From NCBI GenBank assembly GCA_965204575.1, contig OZ241993.1, positions 224,001 to 288,000 on the forward strand: DNA of 64,000 nt, in the 5' to 3' direction. Below the pieces are notes generated by a model that ran no database searches, was not told the origin of the DNA, and saw only the letters and a program-made list of their open reading frames with translations. A program made the translations under genes and the position numbers. Shown here piece by piece: positions 46,913 to 56,963 of the stretch. Positions within the stretch are counted from its first letter, which is position 1. Each line of letters starts with the position of its first letter. Source of the stretch: an uncultured candidatus Porisulfidus sp. (GTDB taxonomy: Bacteria; Pseudomonadota; Gammaproteobacteria; Poriferisulfidales; Poriferisulfidaceae).

Positions 46913-47614
46913 TCATGATAGAGGCCGCCAATCTTCCTCGCCATATACCAACCAGGAATCGACCCGACTTCCATCCCACCGATAACACACGTGTCGCCCC
47001 TGGACGGGAATACCGACTACATCGGGCCAGAATGCGGCAACCGCTTCGCCAGCAGGATAACGCACGCTTGGATAGACAATGCCATCGCTGGCGTGGCCGT
47101 GCCGCAATTCACGGGCCAGCGATTGCGCAGCAGTGCAATCATCTGCGTCCAAAGCAGATTTGAAAGCTTCCGCGCCACGCAAATCGTGTAGTTCCGCATC
47201 CACACTCCCGACCAACTCTCGGTAGTCCGCCGTGGACGGACCTTCGTCTGTTGACAACATGAAACGTTCGAAATGAAACACCGACTCTGCCAACGCCACC
47301 TCGAAACAATCGCCCACGTAACATACGCCATAACGTCCATCGCTGAACCGGCTTGGCCGGTCACTTGAGACGTGGCAGAACGGAGCCATCGCCCAACTCG
47401 CACCGGGTCCCGAAACGCGCCGTTCCGGAGGAATCAAGAGAATCGCGCCAACCTTCTCACGTACCCGTGGGTTGGTCTTGGATTCCGCATTGGCGATCAA
47501 CTCCCAATCGGCAGGGTCAGCAATGTCCTCGAACAAATCAATCGGCGGGTAGATTGATCGAATGAGGCGGTATGTCCGCGGCCAAGCAACCCGACTGACA
47601 GGCGGAATCATCAT
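46913..47614 (-). CDS. RES-domain toxin (NAD+ phosphorylase family)
   Basis: YRLI, SRFSDG, ALAES, GIVYPSVR. Confidence 0.88.
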   Translation of the reverse strand: MMIPPVSRVAWPRTYRLIRSIYPPIDLFEDIADPADWELIANAESKTNPRVREKVGAILLIPPERRVSGPGASWAMAPFCHVSSDRPSRFSDGRYGVCYVGDCFEVALAESVFHFERFMLSTDEGPSTADYRELVGSVDAELHDLRGAEAFKSALDADDCTAAQSLARELRHGHASDGIVYPSVRYPAGEAVAAFWPDVVGIPVQGRHVCYRWDGSRVDSWLVYGEEDWRPLS

Positions 47615-48027
47615 CCCCCACGCTCAGCATCAAGATAAGTACGAACTGCCTCTAAATCAGAAATGGACCCAGCCAGCAAGCGGCTTAGTGCAGGTTGGCC
47701 CGCAAACACCCGGTTCGGCTTGCGCAGCCAATCGTAGGCACGCGCCGGCTCGGAAAACATGTAGCGCAGGCTCTTGTGGATGCCCATCAGCATGGACAGG
47801 CGATCGCGAACGTCTCGTGATATACGCGACAGGTCAACCTGCCCGGCTTTCCAACGGGCATAGGTTCGTGCCGCCGGGTCACCCAGCAGAATGCGTCCTT
47901 CCCGGTCATTCAACTTCCAGGATTTCATCAGATTGAAAAAAGCGCGCAGCATGGCGCCCGTTTCCGCGTCGCTAATGCTGGCAGACACGGGATGCGTGTC
48001 ATGCAGGGCACGAGAATATTTTGCCAT
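47611..48027 (-). CDS. Xre/MbcA/ParS antitoxin
   Basis: ARTYARWK...RLSMLMGIHKSL...WLRKPN...YLDAERGG; overlaps the RES gene. Confidence 0.88.
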   Translation of the reverse strand: MAKYSRALHDTHPVSASISDAETGAMLRAFFNLMKSWKLNDREGRILLGDPAARTYARWKAGQVDLSRISRDVRDRLSMLMGIHKSLRYMFSEPARAYDWLRKPNRVFAGQPALSRLLAGSISDLEAVRTYLDAERGG

Positions 48028-48114
48028 GCAGCATATTATAAACTATTTTTTGCCATATGGAGAATTTGCGGGGCGCCATTATTTCGTATTTCGATATGCG
48101 ATATAATGCGCAGA

Positions 48115-48393
48115 GTGATTCGGAGTTTCCGCTGCAAAGACACGGAGCAACTTGCCAACGGCTATCAGGTACGGCGTTTCGCCGACTTTGAGCAAATTGC
48201 CCGACGTAAGCTTGCTCAACTGGATGCGGCCGCAACACTGGACTTCCTGCGGGCACCGCCTGGCAACCGTCTTGAGGTGTTGCGGGGCGGCCGCAAGGGC
48301 TTTTACAGCATCCGAATCAACAACCGGTGGCGGCTTTGTTTCCGCTTCGTCGACGGAGACGCTTACGACGTTGAGATCATCGACTACCACTGA
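48115..48393 (+). CDS. higB: HigB toxin
   Basis: IRSFRCK, PPGNRLE, YSIRIN, WRLCF, VEIIDYH. Confidence 0.92.
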   Translation: MIRSFRCKDTEQLANGYQVRRFADFEQIARRKLAQLDAAATLDFLRAPPGNRLEVLRGGRKGFYSIRINNRWRLCFRFVDGDAYDVEIIDYH

Positions 48394-48415
48394 TGCCATT
48401 TGGAGAGACATTGAC

Positions 48416-48709
48416 ATGACCAGACTGAAACCGATTCACCCAGGCGAAATCCTGAAGTGCGACTTCATGAAGCCTCTCGATTTATCCGCCACGGCACTCG
48501 CGAAAGCGGTCGGCGTGACACCGGCACGAATCAGCGAGATTGTCCGCGGCCGTCGCGGTATCACCGCCGAGACCGCGTTACGCCTAGCAAAGTACTTCAA
48601 CACCGACGCCCGGAGTTGGATGAACCTTCAGAATCTCTACGAACTCGAGTGTGCGGCGCGGGACAAGGCCGAAGCCCTGCGTGCCATCCGTACTCGAAAA
48701 GTGGCATAA
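48416..48709 (+). CDS. higA: HigA antitoxin
   Basis: PIHPGEIL, ITAETALRLAKYF, WMNLQ. Confidence 0.92.
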   Translation: MTRLKPIHPGEILKCDFMKPLDLSATALAKAVGVTPARISEIVRGRRGITAETALRLAKYFNTDARSWMNLQNLYELECAARDKAEALRAIRTRKVA

Positions 48710-48755
48710 CCTGAATGTCTGGTCTGCTTCCTACGGTCCAGTGACGGAATGGACT

Positions 48756-49046
48756 TTACGATCTGCGGCCGGTCAAGATAGTGAGAGTTCCCAGATGTTT
48801 TGGGCCTGTGCAATTCTGCCGTGTCGGCAAGCTTCTGAGCAGATTCGGGAGACAAATCCTTATCCGCTCCCACAGGGCCTCGACAGAACTGATTAGCATG
48901 GCCTGATTGACGGCTTGATCGACAAATCGAGACAAGTCGTTCTCCCCACCCTGCATCTGGTCAAGATATTTTCGGACGTTCTGGTCGGTCTCTTCCGGGA
49001 TATCAAGAGTCCAACGAATCACGGCGAGCCTCCTAGAGTTCTGCAC
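48756..49046 (-). pseudogene. Ribbon-helix-helix protein, probably frameshifted or remnant
   Basis: RWTLDIPEETDQNVRKYL...DLSRFVDQAV followed by a non-family-like tail. Confidence 0.4.
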
Positions 49047-49117
49047 CTAGATTGACTGCCGTAATTTTATCGTGCCGCCGCCAGGCGCTTCATGTCACAC
49101 ACTTTTCCGGGAACGCC

Positions 49118-50125
49118 TCAGCCCTGGTCTGCGGGCGCAAGACAACTTTTGAACGATGCCGCCATGTTGCGGATCAAGTCGAAATACGCCTCGGGTCCGG
49201 CTTCGTCCGCAGCACCGAGAGGGTCGAGAAGACCCGTTCGTGCCGATGTCCCTGCAATGATCGTGTCGACGAGGCGCGATTCGAACTGGACTTCCGCGAA
49301 CACGCAGACCGCACCGAGTCCATGGACCTTGTCGCGGAGTTCCATGATGCGTCGGACGCCCGGTGACTGGTCCACACTGATGACGACCGAGCCGACCGCC
49401 CTCAGGCCAAAGCGCTCTTCGAAATGCCGGTAGGCATCGTGGAATACGACAAAGGGCCTGTCGCGGACCGATTCCATCTCTGCCGAAATTTCCGCGGTCA
49501 AGTCTTCCAGGCGCTGCGAGAGCGCTTCGGCATTGGCCGCGTAAGTCTCGGCACTGGCAGGGTCCGCCTCGGACAAGGTGCTGGCGATCATGCTCGCCAT
49601 TGCCTTGGCATTGACCGGGTCGAGCCATATATGCGGGTCGAAAGCACCATGCTCCTCATGGCCATGGGTTTCTTCCTCATCGGAGTGTTCCTCTCCCTCG
49701 TGATGTCCATGGTGTTCGTCGGCTCCGTGATCGTGGGCTTCAAAGGCCCCTCCTTCGCGGAGTGGCCGGTGAACGAGGCCCTTCGCTTCGGACAACATGA
49801 CGACGCGGGCATCGTGTGCAAGCGTGTCGACCGGACCGACCAGAGGACTCTCTATCAATTCGTCGACAAGGAAGACGACCCGGGCATTCTCGAGAACCAC
49901 TGAATCGGAAGGACGCAGGCTGAAGGTATGTGGCGAAACGGCACCCCGAATGATCAGGTGAGGCTCGCCCACGCCCGCCATTACACCGCTCACCAGCGAA
50001 TGCACCGGCTTGATCGAAGCGACGACTCGGTCCGCAACCCCGGTCATCGCCGTCCCAGGAAAGGCACAGACGAACAACACTGCCGCGGCAGAGATTTTCG
50101 AGCGGAAACTACTCCTCAGATCCAT
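49118..50125 (-). CDS. znuA: Zinc ABC transporter substrate-binding protein
   Basis: VASIKPVHSLV, SPH, His-rich loop, DPHIWL, FHDAY, LDPLG. Confidence 0.92.
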   Translation of the reverse strand: MDLRSSFRSKISAAAVLFVCAFPGTAMTGVADRVVASIKPVHSLVSGVMAGVGEPHLIIRGAVSPHTFSLRPSDSVVLENARVVFLVDELIESPLVGPVDTLAHDARVVMLSEAKGLVHRPLREGGAFEAHDHGADEHHGHHEGEEHSDEEETHGHEEHGAFDPHIWLDPVNAKAMASMIASTLSEADPASAETYAANAEALSQRLEDLTAEISAEMESVRDRPFVVFHDAYRHFEERFGLRAVGSVVISVDQSPGVRRIMELRDKVHGLGAVCVFAEVQFESRLVDTIIAGTSARTGLLDPLGAADEAGPEAYFDLIRNMAASFKSCLAPADQG

Positions 50126-50197
50126 TCTTTTCTCCTTATCGAAAGCCTGATTTGGCCAAGCGGCAGACCGGATTCCGCCAAGATCGCCAGCAATATT

Positions 50198-50220
50198 AGA
50201 TTGTTATAATGTAACATATT
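50198..50220. promoter_or_regulatory. Zur box
   Basis: TGTTATAATGTAACA (50202-50216), one mismatch to the proteobacterial core TGTTATAnTATAACA, upstream of znuA. Confidence 0.8.
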
Positions 50221-50289
50221 GGTCGAAGAACATACCGGCCTCAGGCGGCACAACGCCTCGCTAAATCCACGCGTGGACGGGGTCGACTG

Positions 50290-51213
50290 CTAGCCGGAAA
50301 CCGCGGCAGGATTGTCGGTGCAATCCTCCAGTTCGATCTGCACGGTGACGTGACCGATGTTGAAACGTTCTTCCAGGCGGGCCCGAATGGCGACGATGGC
50401 CGAATCCGGGTTGGCGCCTCCGGCAATGCGCGCGTGCAGGGTCAGCAGCGAGTACTCCTGCGACAAGGACCAGGCGTGCACGTGATGAACATCCTCGACA
50501 GCCGGGATATGCGCAATCAGGTCCGGACCAATCTCTTGCACGTTCAACTGCTTGGGAACGCCCTCAAGTAGCACGTGTGCCGATTCCTTCAGCAGGAACC
50601 AGGCGCTGCGCAACACCAGCAGGCAGACCAGGATGGAAAGGATCGGATCGATCAGCATCCAGCCAGTCGTCATGATAACCAGTGCCGCACCGACCGCCGC
50701 AACCGAGCCGAGCATGTCGCTGACCACATGGAGCAGGGCGCCGCGGACATTCAGGTTGTCGCGGTTCGCTCCGCGAAACAGTGCAAACGCACCGACATTG
50801 ACGATCAGGCCGAGCCCCGCCACCGCGAGCATGGGGACGGCGAGCACTTCGGTTGGATTGATGAACCGGCCAACCGCCTCGGCAAAGATCCAGCCGACGA
50901 TGAACACCAGGCTGACGCCGTTGGCGAAGGCGGCGAGAACCGGAAAACGATGGTAGCCATAAGTCCGCATCCGATCCTCCGGGCGACGGCTCAGCCTGAA
51001 GGCGATCCAGGCAAACAGCAAAGACACCGTGTCGACCAGCATGTGGGCGGCATCGGCGAGCAACGCCAGAGAGCCTGAGATCACGCCGCCGGCGACCTCG
51101 GCGAACATGAAGCCCCCGATCAGCAAAAAAGCCCAAAAGACGCGGCGGGCATCATTGTCATGACTACTGTGGGCCTGCCTGTGCCCGCGTGCGTCATGAT
51201 TGCCAGACATCAT
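50290..51213 (-). CDS. Cation diffusion facilitator (ZitB/CzcD-like)
   Basis: SLALLADAAHM, TYGYHR, NLNVRGALLHV..D, HVHAW, HVTVQIE. Confidence 0.92.
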   Translation of the reverse strand: MMSGNHDARGHRQAHSSHDNDARRVFWAFLLIGGFMFAEVAGGVISGSLALLADAAHMLVDTVSLLFAWIAFRLSRRPEDRMRTYGYHRFPVLAAFANGVSLVFIVGWIFAEAVGRFINPTEVLAVPMLAVAGLGLIVNVGAFALFRGANRDNLNVRGALLHVVSDMLGSVAAVGAALVIMTTGWMLIDPILSILVCLLVLRSAWFLLKESAHVLLEGVPKQLNVQEIGPDLIAHIPAVEDVHHVHAWSLSQEYSLLTLHARIAGGANPDSAIVAIRARLEERFNIGHVTVQIELEDCTDNPAAVSG

Positions 51214-51455
51214 TGCTCCTCTTGAAACCCCCGCCAGGTAACTTAACAGACAAGCCGCCACCCCCCACCGCAGGCATGCCGAGGCGCTCCCCTATTCTTC
51301 GGGTGCCGGACATCGAATCGCGTGTCCGGGAAGACCGTATTTCACAAAAAATCCCGTAGCGGCAGTTCCCGAACGAGGACAGGACATCCTATGGGCGATA
51401 TATAATACGGGTCTGATTTTCGCCCATTGACCGAAACGCCCTCGAATCCAGACAC

Positions 51456-52283
51456 ATGTCGGAAGAAATCCGTCGGATGTTACCGAATTTAAAAGCCCTG
51501 CTGAATCCCCAGCGCCTCGTCGCAGTCGCGTTCCTGTTGCCTTTCGCGGGCGCCGCGCAGGCCGGCTGGGACACCCTCAACATGCCGGTCGGCGTCACCG
51601 AGGTCAGCCGAATCGTCTACGACCTGCACATGCTGATCTTCTGGATCTGCGTGGTCATCGGTATCATCGTGTTCGGCGCCATGTTCTATTCCATCCTGGT
51701 GCACCGGAAGTCCCGCGGATACACGGCCTCGACTTTCCACGAGAGCACGACCGTGGAAGTGATCTGGACGGTCATCCCCTTCATCATCCTGGTCGCCATG
51801 GCGGTCCCCGCCACGGCCACCCTGATCAAGATGGAAGACTCCGGCGAATCCGAGATGACGATCAAGATCACCGGCTACCAGTGGCTGTGGCGTTACGACT
51901 ACCTGGACCACGATTTCGGCTTCTACTCGTTCCTTTCGACTTCGCGCGACGCGATCCGCGACCGGGCGGAAAAGGGCGAACACTACCTGCTGGAAGTCGA
52001 CCGACCCCTGGTCATCCCGACCAACACGAAAATCCGTTTGCTGATTACCGCCAACGACGTGATCCATGCCTGGTGGGTGCCGGATCTCGCCCTCAAGCGG
52101 GACGCCATACCGGGCTTCATCAACGAACTGTGGACCCAGATCGATGATCCCGGCGTCTACCGGGGCCAATGCGCCGAACTATGCGGCCGCGACCACGGCT
52201 TTATGCCGATAGAGGTCCATGCCGTGCCGCCTGACGAATACCGCGCCTGGGTCGAGAAGCAGACCGCCGGCGCCGCCGAATAA
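51456..52283 (+). CDS. coxB: Cytochrome c oxidase subunit II
   Basis: GYQWLW, DVIHAWW, CuA motif CAELCGRDHGFM. Confidence 0.96.
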   Translation: MSEEIRRMLPNLKALLNPQRLVAVAFLLPFAGAAQAGWDTLNMPVGVTEVSRIVYDLHMLIFWICVVIGIIVFGAMFYSILVHRKSRGYTASTFHESTTVEVIWTVIPFIILVAMAVPATATLIKMEDSGESEMTIKITGYQWLWRYDYLDHDFGFYSFLSTSRDAIRDRAEKGEHYLLEVDRPLVIPTNTKIRLLITANDVIHAWWVPDLALKRDAIPGFINELWTQIDDPGVYRGQCAELCGRDHGFMPIEVHAVPPDEYRAWVEKQTAGAAE

Positions 52284-52297
52284 CCTATGGAGCCGAC

Positions 52298-53875
52298 ATG
52301 AGCGAAACCGCCGCCGCGCACGACGACCATCACGATCATCACCCCAGCGGCCTGTGGCGCTGGGTCACCACGACCAATCACAAGGACATCGGCACGCTGT
52401 ACCTGTGGCTGGCCATGATCATGTTCTTCATCGGCGGCGCGATGGCGCTGGTGATCCGCACCGAACTGTTCTCGCCGGGCCTGCAGTTCGTCGATCCCCA
52501 GTTCTTCAACTCGATGACCACGCTGCACGCGCTGGTCATGATCTTCGGCGTGGTGATGCCCGCCTTCACGGGACTGGCCAACTGGCAGATCCCCCTGATG
52601 GTCGGTGCCACCGACATGGCCCTGCCGCGCCTCAACAACTGGAGCTTCTGGATCCTGCCGTTCGCATTCGCCATGCTGCTGTCGACCATGTTCATGGACG
52701 GCGGCGGCCCGGCCGGAGGCTGGACCCTGTATCCCCCGCTCACCCTGCAGACCGGCAATGCCCTGCCGTTCGTCATCTTCTCGATCCACTTCATGGGCAT
52801 GTCCTCCATCATGGGTGCGATCAACGTCATCGCCACCATCATCAACATGCGCGCGCCGGGCATGCACATGATGAAGATGCCCTTGTTCGTCTGGACCTGG
52901 TTGATCACCGCCTTCCTGCTGATCGCCGTGATGCCGGTGCTGGCGGGCGGCGTCACCATGCTGCTGACCGACAAGTTCTTCGGCACCAGTTTCTTCAACG
53001 CGGCCGGCGGCGGCGACCCGGTCATGTTCCAGCATATCTTCTGGTTCTTCGGCCATCCGGAGGTCTACATCCTGATCCTGCCTTCGTTCGGGGTGGTGTC
53101 CAGCATCCTGCCGACTTTCTCCCGCAAGCCGCTGTTCGGTTACAGCTCGATGGTCTACGCGACCGCTTCGATCGCCTTCCTGTCGTTCGTCGTATGGGCG
53201 CACCACATGTTCACGGTCGGCATGCCGCTGGCTGGCGAACTGTTCTTTATGTTCGCCACCATGCTGATCGCCGTGCCGACCGGCGTCAAGGTCTTCAACT
53301 GGGTCGCCACCATGTGGCGAGGTTCGATGACGTTCGAGACCCCGATGCTGTTCGCCATCGGCTTCATCATCATGTTCACCATCGGCGGGTTGTCCGGGTT
53401 GATGCTGGCGATCGTGCCGGCGGACTTCCAGTACCACGATTCCTATTTCGTGGTTGCACACTTCCACTACGTCCTGGTCCCCGGATCGATTTTCGCGATC
53501 ATGGCGGCGGTCTACTACTGGCTGCCCAAATGGACCGGAAACCACTACCCGGAACGCCTGGGCAAATGGCACTTCTGGCTGTCCACCATCTTCGTCAACC
53601 TGACTTTCTTCCCGATGCATTTCGTCGGCCTCGCCGGCATGCCGCGACGGATCCCCGACTATGCGCTTCAGTTCGCCGACTACAACATGCTGGCCTCGAT
53701 CGGCGCATTCGGCTTCGGCTTCGCGCAGTTGCTGTTCCTGTACATCGTGGTGGTGACGATCCGGGGAGGAGAGAAAGCCACGGACCAGGTCTGGGAAGGT
53801 GCGGAAGGGCTGGAGTGGACCCTGCCGTCCCCGCCCCCCTACCATAGCTTCACCACCCCGCCGGCGATTCGATGA
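52298..53875 (+). CDS. coxA: Cytochrome c oxidase subunit I (type A1)
   Basis: TNHKDIG, GHPEVY, WAHH, HFH, PRR. Confidence 0.98.
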   Translation: MSETAAAHDDHHDHHPSGLWRWVTTTNHKDIGTLYLWLAMIMFFIGGAMALVIRTELFSPGLQFVDPQFFNSMTTLHALVMIFGVVMPAFTGLANWQIPLMVGATDMALPRLNNWSFWILPFAFAMLLSTMFMDGGGPAGGWTLYPPLTLQTGNALPFVIFSIHFMGMSSIMGAINVIATIINMRAPGMHMMKMPLFVWTWLITAFLLIAVMPVLAGGVTMLLTDKFFGTSFFNAAGGGDPVMFQHIFWFFGHPEVYILILPSFGVVSSILPTFSRKPLFGYSSMVYATASIAFLSFVVWAHHMFTVGMPLAGELFFMFATMLIAVPTGVKVFNWVATMWRGSMTFETPMLFAIGFIIMFTIGGLSGLMLAIVPADFQYHDSYFVVAHFHYVLVPGSIFAIMAAVYYWLPKWTGNHYPERLGKWHFWLSTIFVNLTFFPMHFVGLAGMPRRIPDYALQFADYNMLASIGAFGFGFAQLLFLYIVVVTIRGGEKATDQVWEGAEGLEWTLPSPPPYHSFTTPPAIR

Positions 53876-53988
53876 CCCAGCCCCGGACGCCCGAGCGCCG
53901 AGCCGCGATACGGACCGCCTGGATCGTAGCAATTGTCGCCATGACGATCTATGTCGGCTTCTACTTCCTGGTGGGAACCGCAGGATGA
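53872..53988 (+). CDS. 38-aa single-TM protein between coxA and ctaG (not in ORF track)
   Basis: MTQPRTPERRAAIRTAWIVAIVAMTIYVGFYFLVGTAG; ATGA overlaps at both ends. Confidence 0.7.
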   Translation: MTQPRTPERRAAIRTAWIVAIVAMTIYVGFYFLVGTAG

Positions 53989-54533
53989 AACGTCCGCCCC
54001 GTCGAACGGCGGTCCGGCTGGCAGCAGTCTGCGTGCTGATGCTGGGCTTCTCTTATGCACTGGTTCCGCTTTACGATGCCCTGTGCGACCTCACCGGACT
54101 GTCCGGGTCGACCAGCAACCTGACCCAGGCGACGCCCGCCACGCCTGAAGCCGAAACCGCTGCCGAACGCCAAGTCACCCTGCAGTTCGTTGCGAACGTC
54201 GATCACGCCATGCCTTGGGACATCCGCCCCGACCAGTTCGAGATGAAGGTTCGTCCCGGCCAGACCTACCAGACCGTATTCCATGCGTACAACCGCACCG
54301 CACAGCCCATGACCGGCCAGGCCGTCCCCAGCGTCGCCCCGCAAATGGCTGCCCCGCACCTGATCAAGCAGGAATGCTTCTGCTTCACCAGCCAGCCGCT
54401 CGATGCCGGAGAAAGCGTTGAAATGCCTTTGATTTTCAAGGTCAGCGAACGCCTGCCCGAAACTATCGGGACCCTGACCCTGTCGTACACCTTCTTTGAC
54501 GTCTCCCAAACTTCCGGGACCCAATCAGGCTGA
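53985..54533 (+). CDS. ctaG: Cytochrome c oxidase assembly protein CtaG/Cox11
   Basis: YALVPLYDALC, GQAVPSVAP, ECFCF, TLSYTFF. Confidence 0.93.
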   Translation: MKRPPRRTAVRLAAVCVLMLGFSYALVPLYDALCDLTGLSGSTSNLTQATPATPEAETAAERQVTLQFVANVDHAMPWDIRPDQFEMKVRPGQTYQTVFHAYNRTAQPMTGQAVPSVAPQMAAPHLIKQECFCFTSQPLDAGESVEMPLIFKVSERLPETIGTLTLSYTFFDVSQTSGTQSG

Positions 54534-54538
54534 TCCTC

Positions 54539-55408
54539 ATGTCGGACTCCACGCTCTACTACATTCCCGAACCCAGCCACTGGCCGATCGTCGGCTCCGT
54601 CGGCCTGTTCACCACCCTGGTCGGCGCCGCGCTGATGATGCTGGACTCGGCCATCGGCTCCTGGCTCCTGGCAGCCGGCCTCCTGGTCGTGGTGCTCATG
54701 ATGTTCGGCTGGTTCGGCACCGTGATCGGCGAGAGCGAGAGCGAAACCTACAACGCACAGGTCGACCTGTCGTTCCGCTGGGGAATGTTCTGGTTCATCT
54801 TCTCGGAGGTGATGTTTTTCGCCGCCTTCTTCGGCGCCCTCTACTACGCCCGCCAGTATTCGCTGCCGTGGCTCGGGGGCGAAGGTCCCGGCATCCTGAC
54901 CAACACCTACTTGTGGGAAGGCTACGAGGCGCTGTGGCCCTATACCGCGGACGGGCCGGGCAAGATCGGCGGCGGCTTCACCCATATGGCCGCCTGGGGC
55001 CTGCCTGCAATCAACACGCTGATTTTGCTGACCAGCGGCGGCACCGTCACCTGGGCGCACCACGCGCTGAAGGCCGGGCACCGGGGGCAGTTGATCGCCG
55101 GACTGTTCCTGACCGTGGCGCTGGGCTTCCTCTTCATCGCACTGCAGGCGATCGAGTATGCGCATGCCTTCACGGAACTCAACCTGACCCTGGGGTCGGG
55201 CATCTACGGCTCGACCTTCTTCATGCTGACCGGCTTCCACGGCCTGCATGTCACGATTGGAGCCATCATTCTGACCGTCGTGCTGTTCCGCTGCATTTCC
55301 GGGCACTTCACCCCGAACCGGCACTTCGCGTTCGAGGCGGCCGCCTGGTACTGGCACTTCGTTGACGTCGTCTGGCTCGGTCTGTTCGTCTTCGTCTACT
55401 GGCTGTAA
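54539..55408 (+). CDS. coxC: Cytochrome c oxidase subunit III
   Basis: FIFSEVMFF, TGFHGLHV, WYWHFVDVVW. Confidence 0.97.
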   Translation: MSDSTLYYIPEPSHWPIVGSVGLFTTLVGAALMMLDSAIGSWLLAAGLLVVVLMMFGWFGTVIGESESETYNAQVDLSFRWGMFWFIFSEVMFFAAFFGALYYARQYSLPWLGGEGPGILTNTYLWEGYEALWPYTADGPGKIGGGFTHMAAWGLPAINTLILLTSGGTVTWAHHALKAGHRGQLIAGLFLTVALGFLFIALQAIEYAHAFTELNLTLGSGIYGSTFFMLTGFHGLHVTIGAIILTVVLFRCISGHFTPNRHFAFEAAAWYWHFVDVVWLGLFVFVYWL

Positions 55409-55417
55409 CGGAACGCA

Positions 55418-55627
55418 TCAAGGCCGGGGATGCAGTCCATGCGGCTCGATCCAACCCATCCAGCCTGCCAATAGCAACAGCAGAAACAGGCCAATCGACA
55501 GGCCGACCCGCCAGGTCAGCGCCCGCACGGTGCGGTGAGTCGTACCTCGGTCCCGTACCAGGAACACCAAGGCCGAGAACAGGCTTGCCAGGATCACCAG
55601 CAATAGAATGACCACCAGAAGCTTCAT
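55418..55627 (-). CDS. DUF2909 twin-TM small protein
   Basis: SLFSALVFL...RALTWRVGLS...IEPH; antisense position within cox cluster. Confidence 0.85.
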   Translation of the reverse strand: MKLLVVILLLVILASLFSALVFLVRDRGTTHRTVRALTWRVGLSIGLFLLLLLAGWMGWIEPHGLHPRP

Positions 55628-55648
55628 CGTGGGCTCAACCTGATCCTC

Positions 55649-56371
55649 ATGCGTCGATTCCGTCCTTCACTCCTGCTCAGCTTCGCGACCGTCGCGCTGA
55701 CCGCCATTCTCCTCTCGCTGGGATTCTGGCAGCTCGAACGGGCCGAATCCCGTCGCACGCAGGACGAACTGAAGCAGGAGCGGGGACAATTGTCCCCCGT
55801 TTATATCACATCATTTCCCGGGGAATCCCTTGAGGAACTGGCCGACCGCCGGGTCCGTCTTCGCGGACAGTACCTGCCCTGGCAGTTCCTGCTCGACAAC
55901 CAGATCCACGACAAGCGGCCCGGCTATCACGTGCTCAGCCCCTTCGAACTGTCGACCTACGAGCAGGTCGTCCTGATCAACCGGGGCTGGGTTCCGGGAG
56001 AGGCGGACCGCTCCCGGCTGCCTTCCGTTCCAGTTCCCACCGAATCCGAAGTCCAGCTCGAGGGGGTCGTCTACCTCCCCCAACCCAATCCGTTCACCGA
56101 CTCGGACCACCTGCTGGAAGGCCACGGCTGGCCACAAGTGATTCAGGGCATTGATTACCCCCGCCTCGCCGGGCGCCTGTCCGAGCTTTCGCTCGTCCCC
56201 GCCACGGTCCGGCTTGCCGAGGACCAGCCGCACGGCTATACGCGAGCCTGGCCGAGCCCCCCGATGAGCGCGGAGAAACATACCGCGTATGCGGTCCAAT
56301 GGTTCGCCATGGCTGCAGCGGTGGTAATTTTGTTCCTTCTGTATTCCGTGCGACCGATTTTCCGAGACTGA
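55649..56371 (+). CDS. SURF1 family protein
   Basis: LGFWQLERA, LLDN, INRGWV, HTAYAVQWF. Confidence 0.92.
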   Translation: MRRFRPSLLLSFATVALTAILLSLGFWQLERAESRRTQDELKQERGQLSPVYITSFPGESLEELADRRVRLRGQYLPWQFLLDNQIHDKRPGYHVLSPFELSTYEQVVLINRGWVPGEADRSRLPSVPVPTESEVQLEGVVYLPQPNPFTDSDHLLEGHGWPQVIQGIDYPRLAGRLSELSLVPATVRLAEDQPHGYTRAWPSPPMSAEKHTAYAVQWFAMAAAVVILFLLYSVRPIFRD

Positions 56372-56958
56372 TGTTTCATCTTGGTTCGCACCCGGAAGCC
56401 AGGCGCCTGCTGCGCTCGCGCCTTTATCTGCTTGGGCTGGTGCTGGCGTTCGCCGGGCCGCTGCTCGCCTCGGTCATGCTGTACTACAACCCGCAATTGC
56501 GCGGGGATGTCGGTGGCGTCAGCCACGGCTCCCTGATCCTGCCCCCCCAACCGCTCGGGCGCGACTTGTTCCGGCGCCCCGACCAGCCTCCGCGCTGGAC
56601 CCTGCTCTACCATGCCCGCGCCGCGACCTGCAACCTCGACTGCGAAGCGACCTTGTTCATGATGCGGCAGGTCCATCAGTCCCTGGGCTCCAAACGCAAC
56701 CGGGCACAAATCCTGATTCTGCTCGAGCATGCGGAACTGCAGGCACCCTACGCTGAAGTATTGGAGCGCTTCAGGCCGGATCAGGTTCGGATCTCTCCAA
56801 AAAGCCCCGATATCGACGCACTGGACGACCAGCCCGGCGATGCCCTCTTTATCGTCGATCCCCTGGGGAACCTGCTGATGCATTACGACGGTCGGTCCAC
56901 CTCCCGGGGAATCCTGCGCGACTTGAAACGTCTCCTGACCGCCTCCCGGATCGGCTGA
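56371..56958 (+). CDS. SCO/thioredoxin-like cox cluster membrane protein
   Basis: N-terminal TM, CNLDC, IVDPLGNLLMHY, DLKRLL. Confidence 0.75.
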   Translation: MFHLGSHPEARRLLRSRLYLLGLVLAFAGPLLASVMLYYNPQLRGDVGGVSHGSLILPPQPLGRDLFRRPDQPPRWTLLYHARAATCNLDCEATLFMMRQVHQSLGSKRNRAQILILLEHAELQAPYAEVLERFRPDQVRISPKSPDIDALDDQPGDALFIVDPLGNLLMHYDGRSTSRGILRDLKRLLTASRIG

Positions 56959-56963
56959 CTCCC

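Noticed and set aside
52157-53932. Long antisense ORFs (also 14396-15892, 28607-30271, 61342-62994)
   Set aside because: Shadow frames of GC-rich genes with no recognisable motifs
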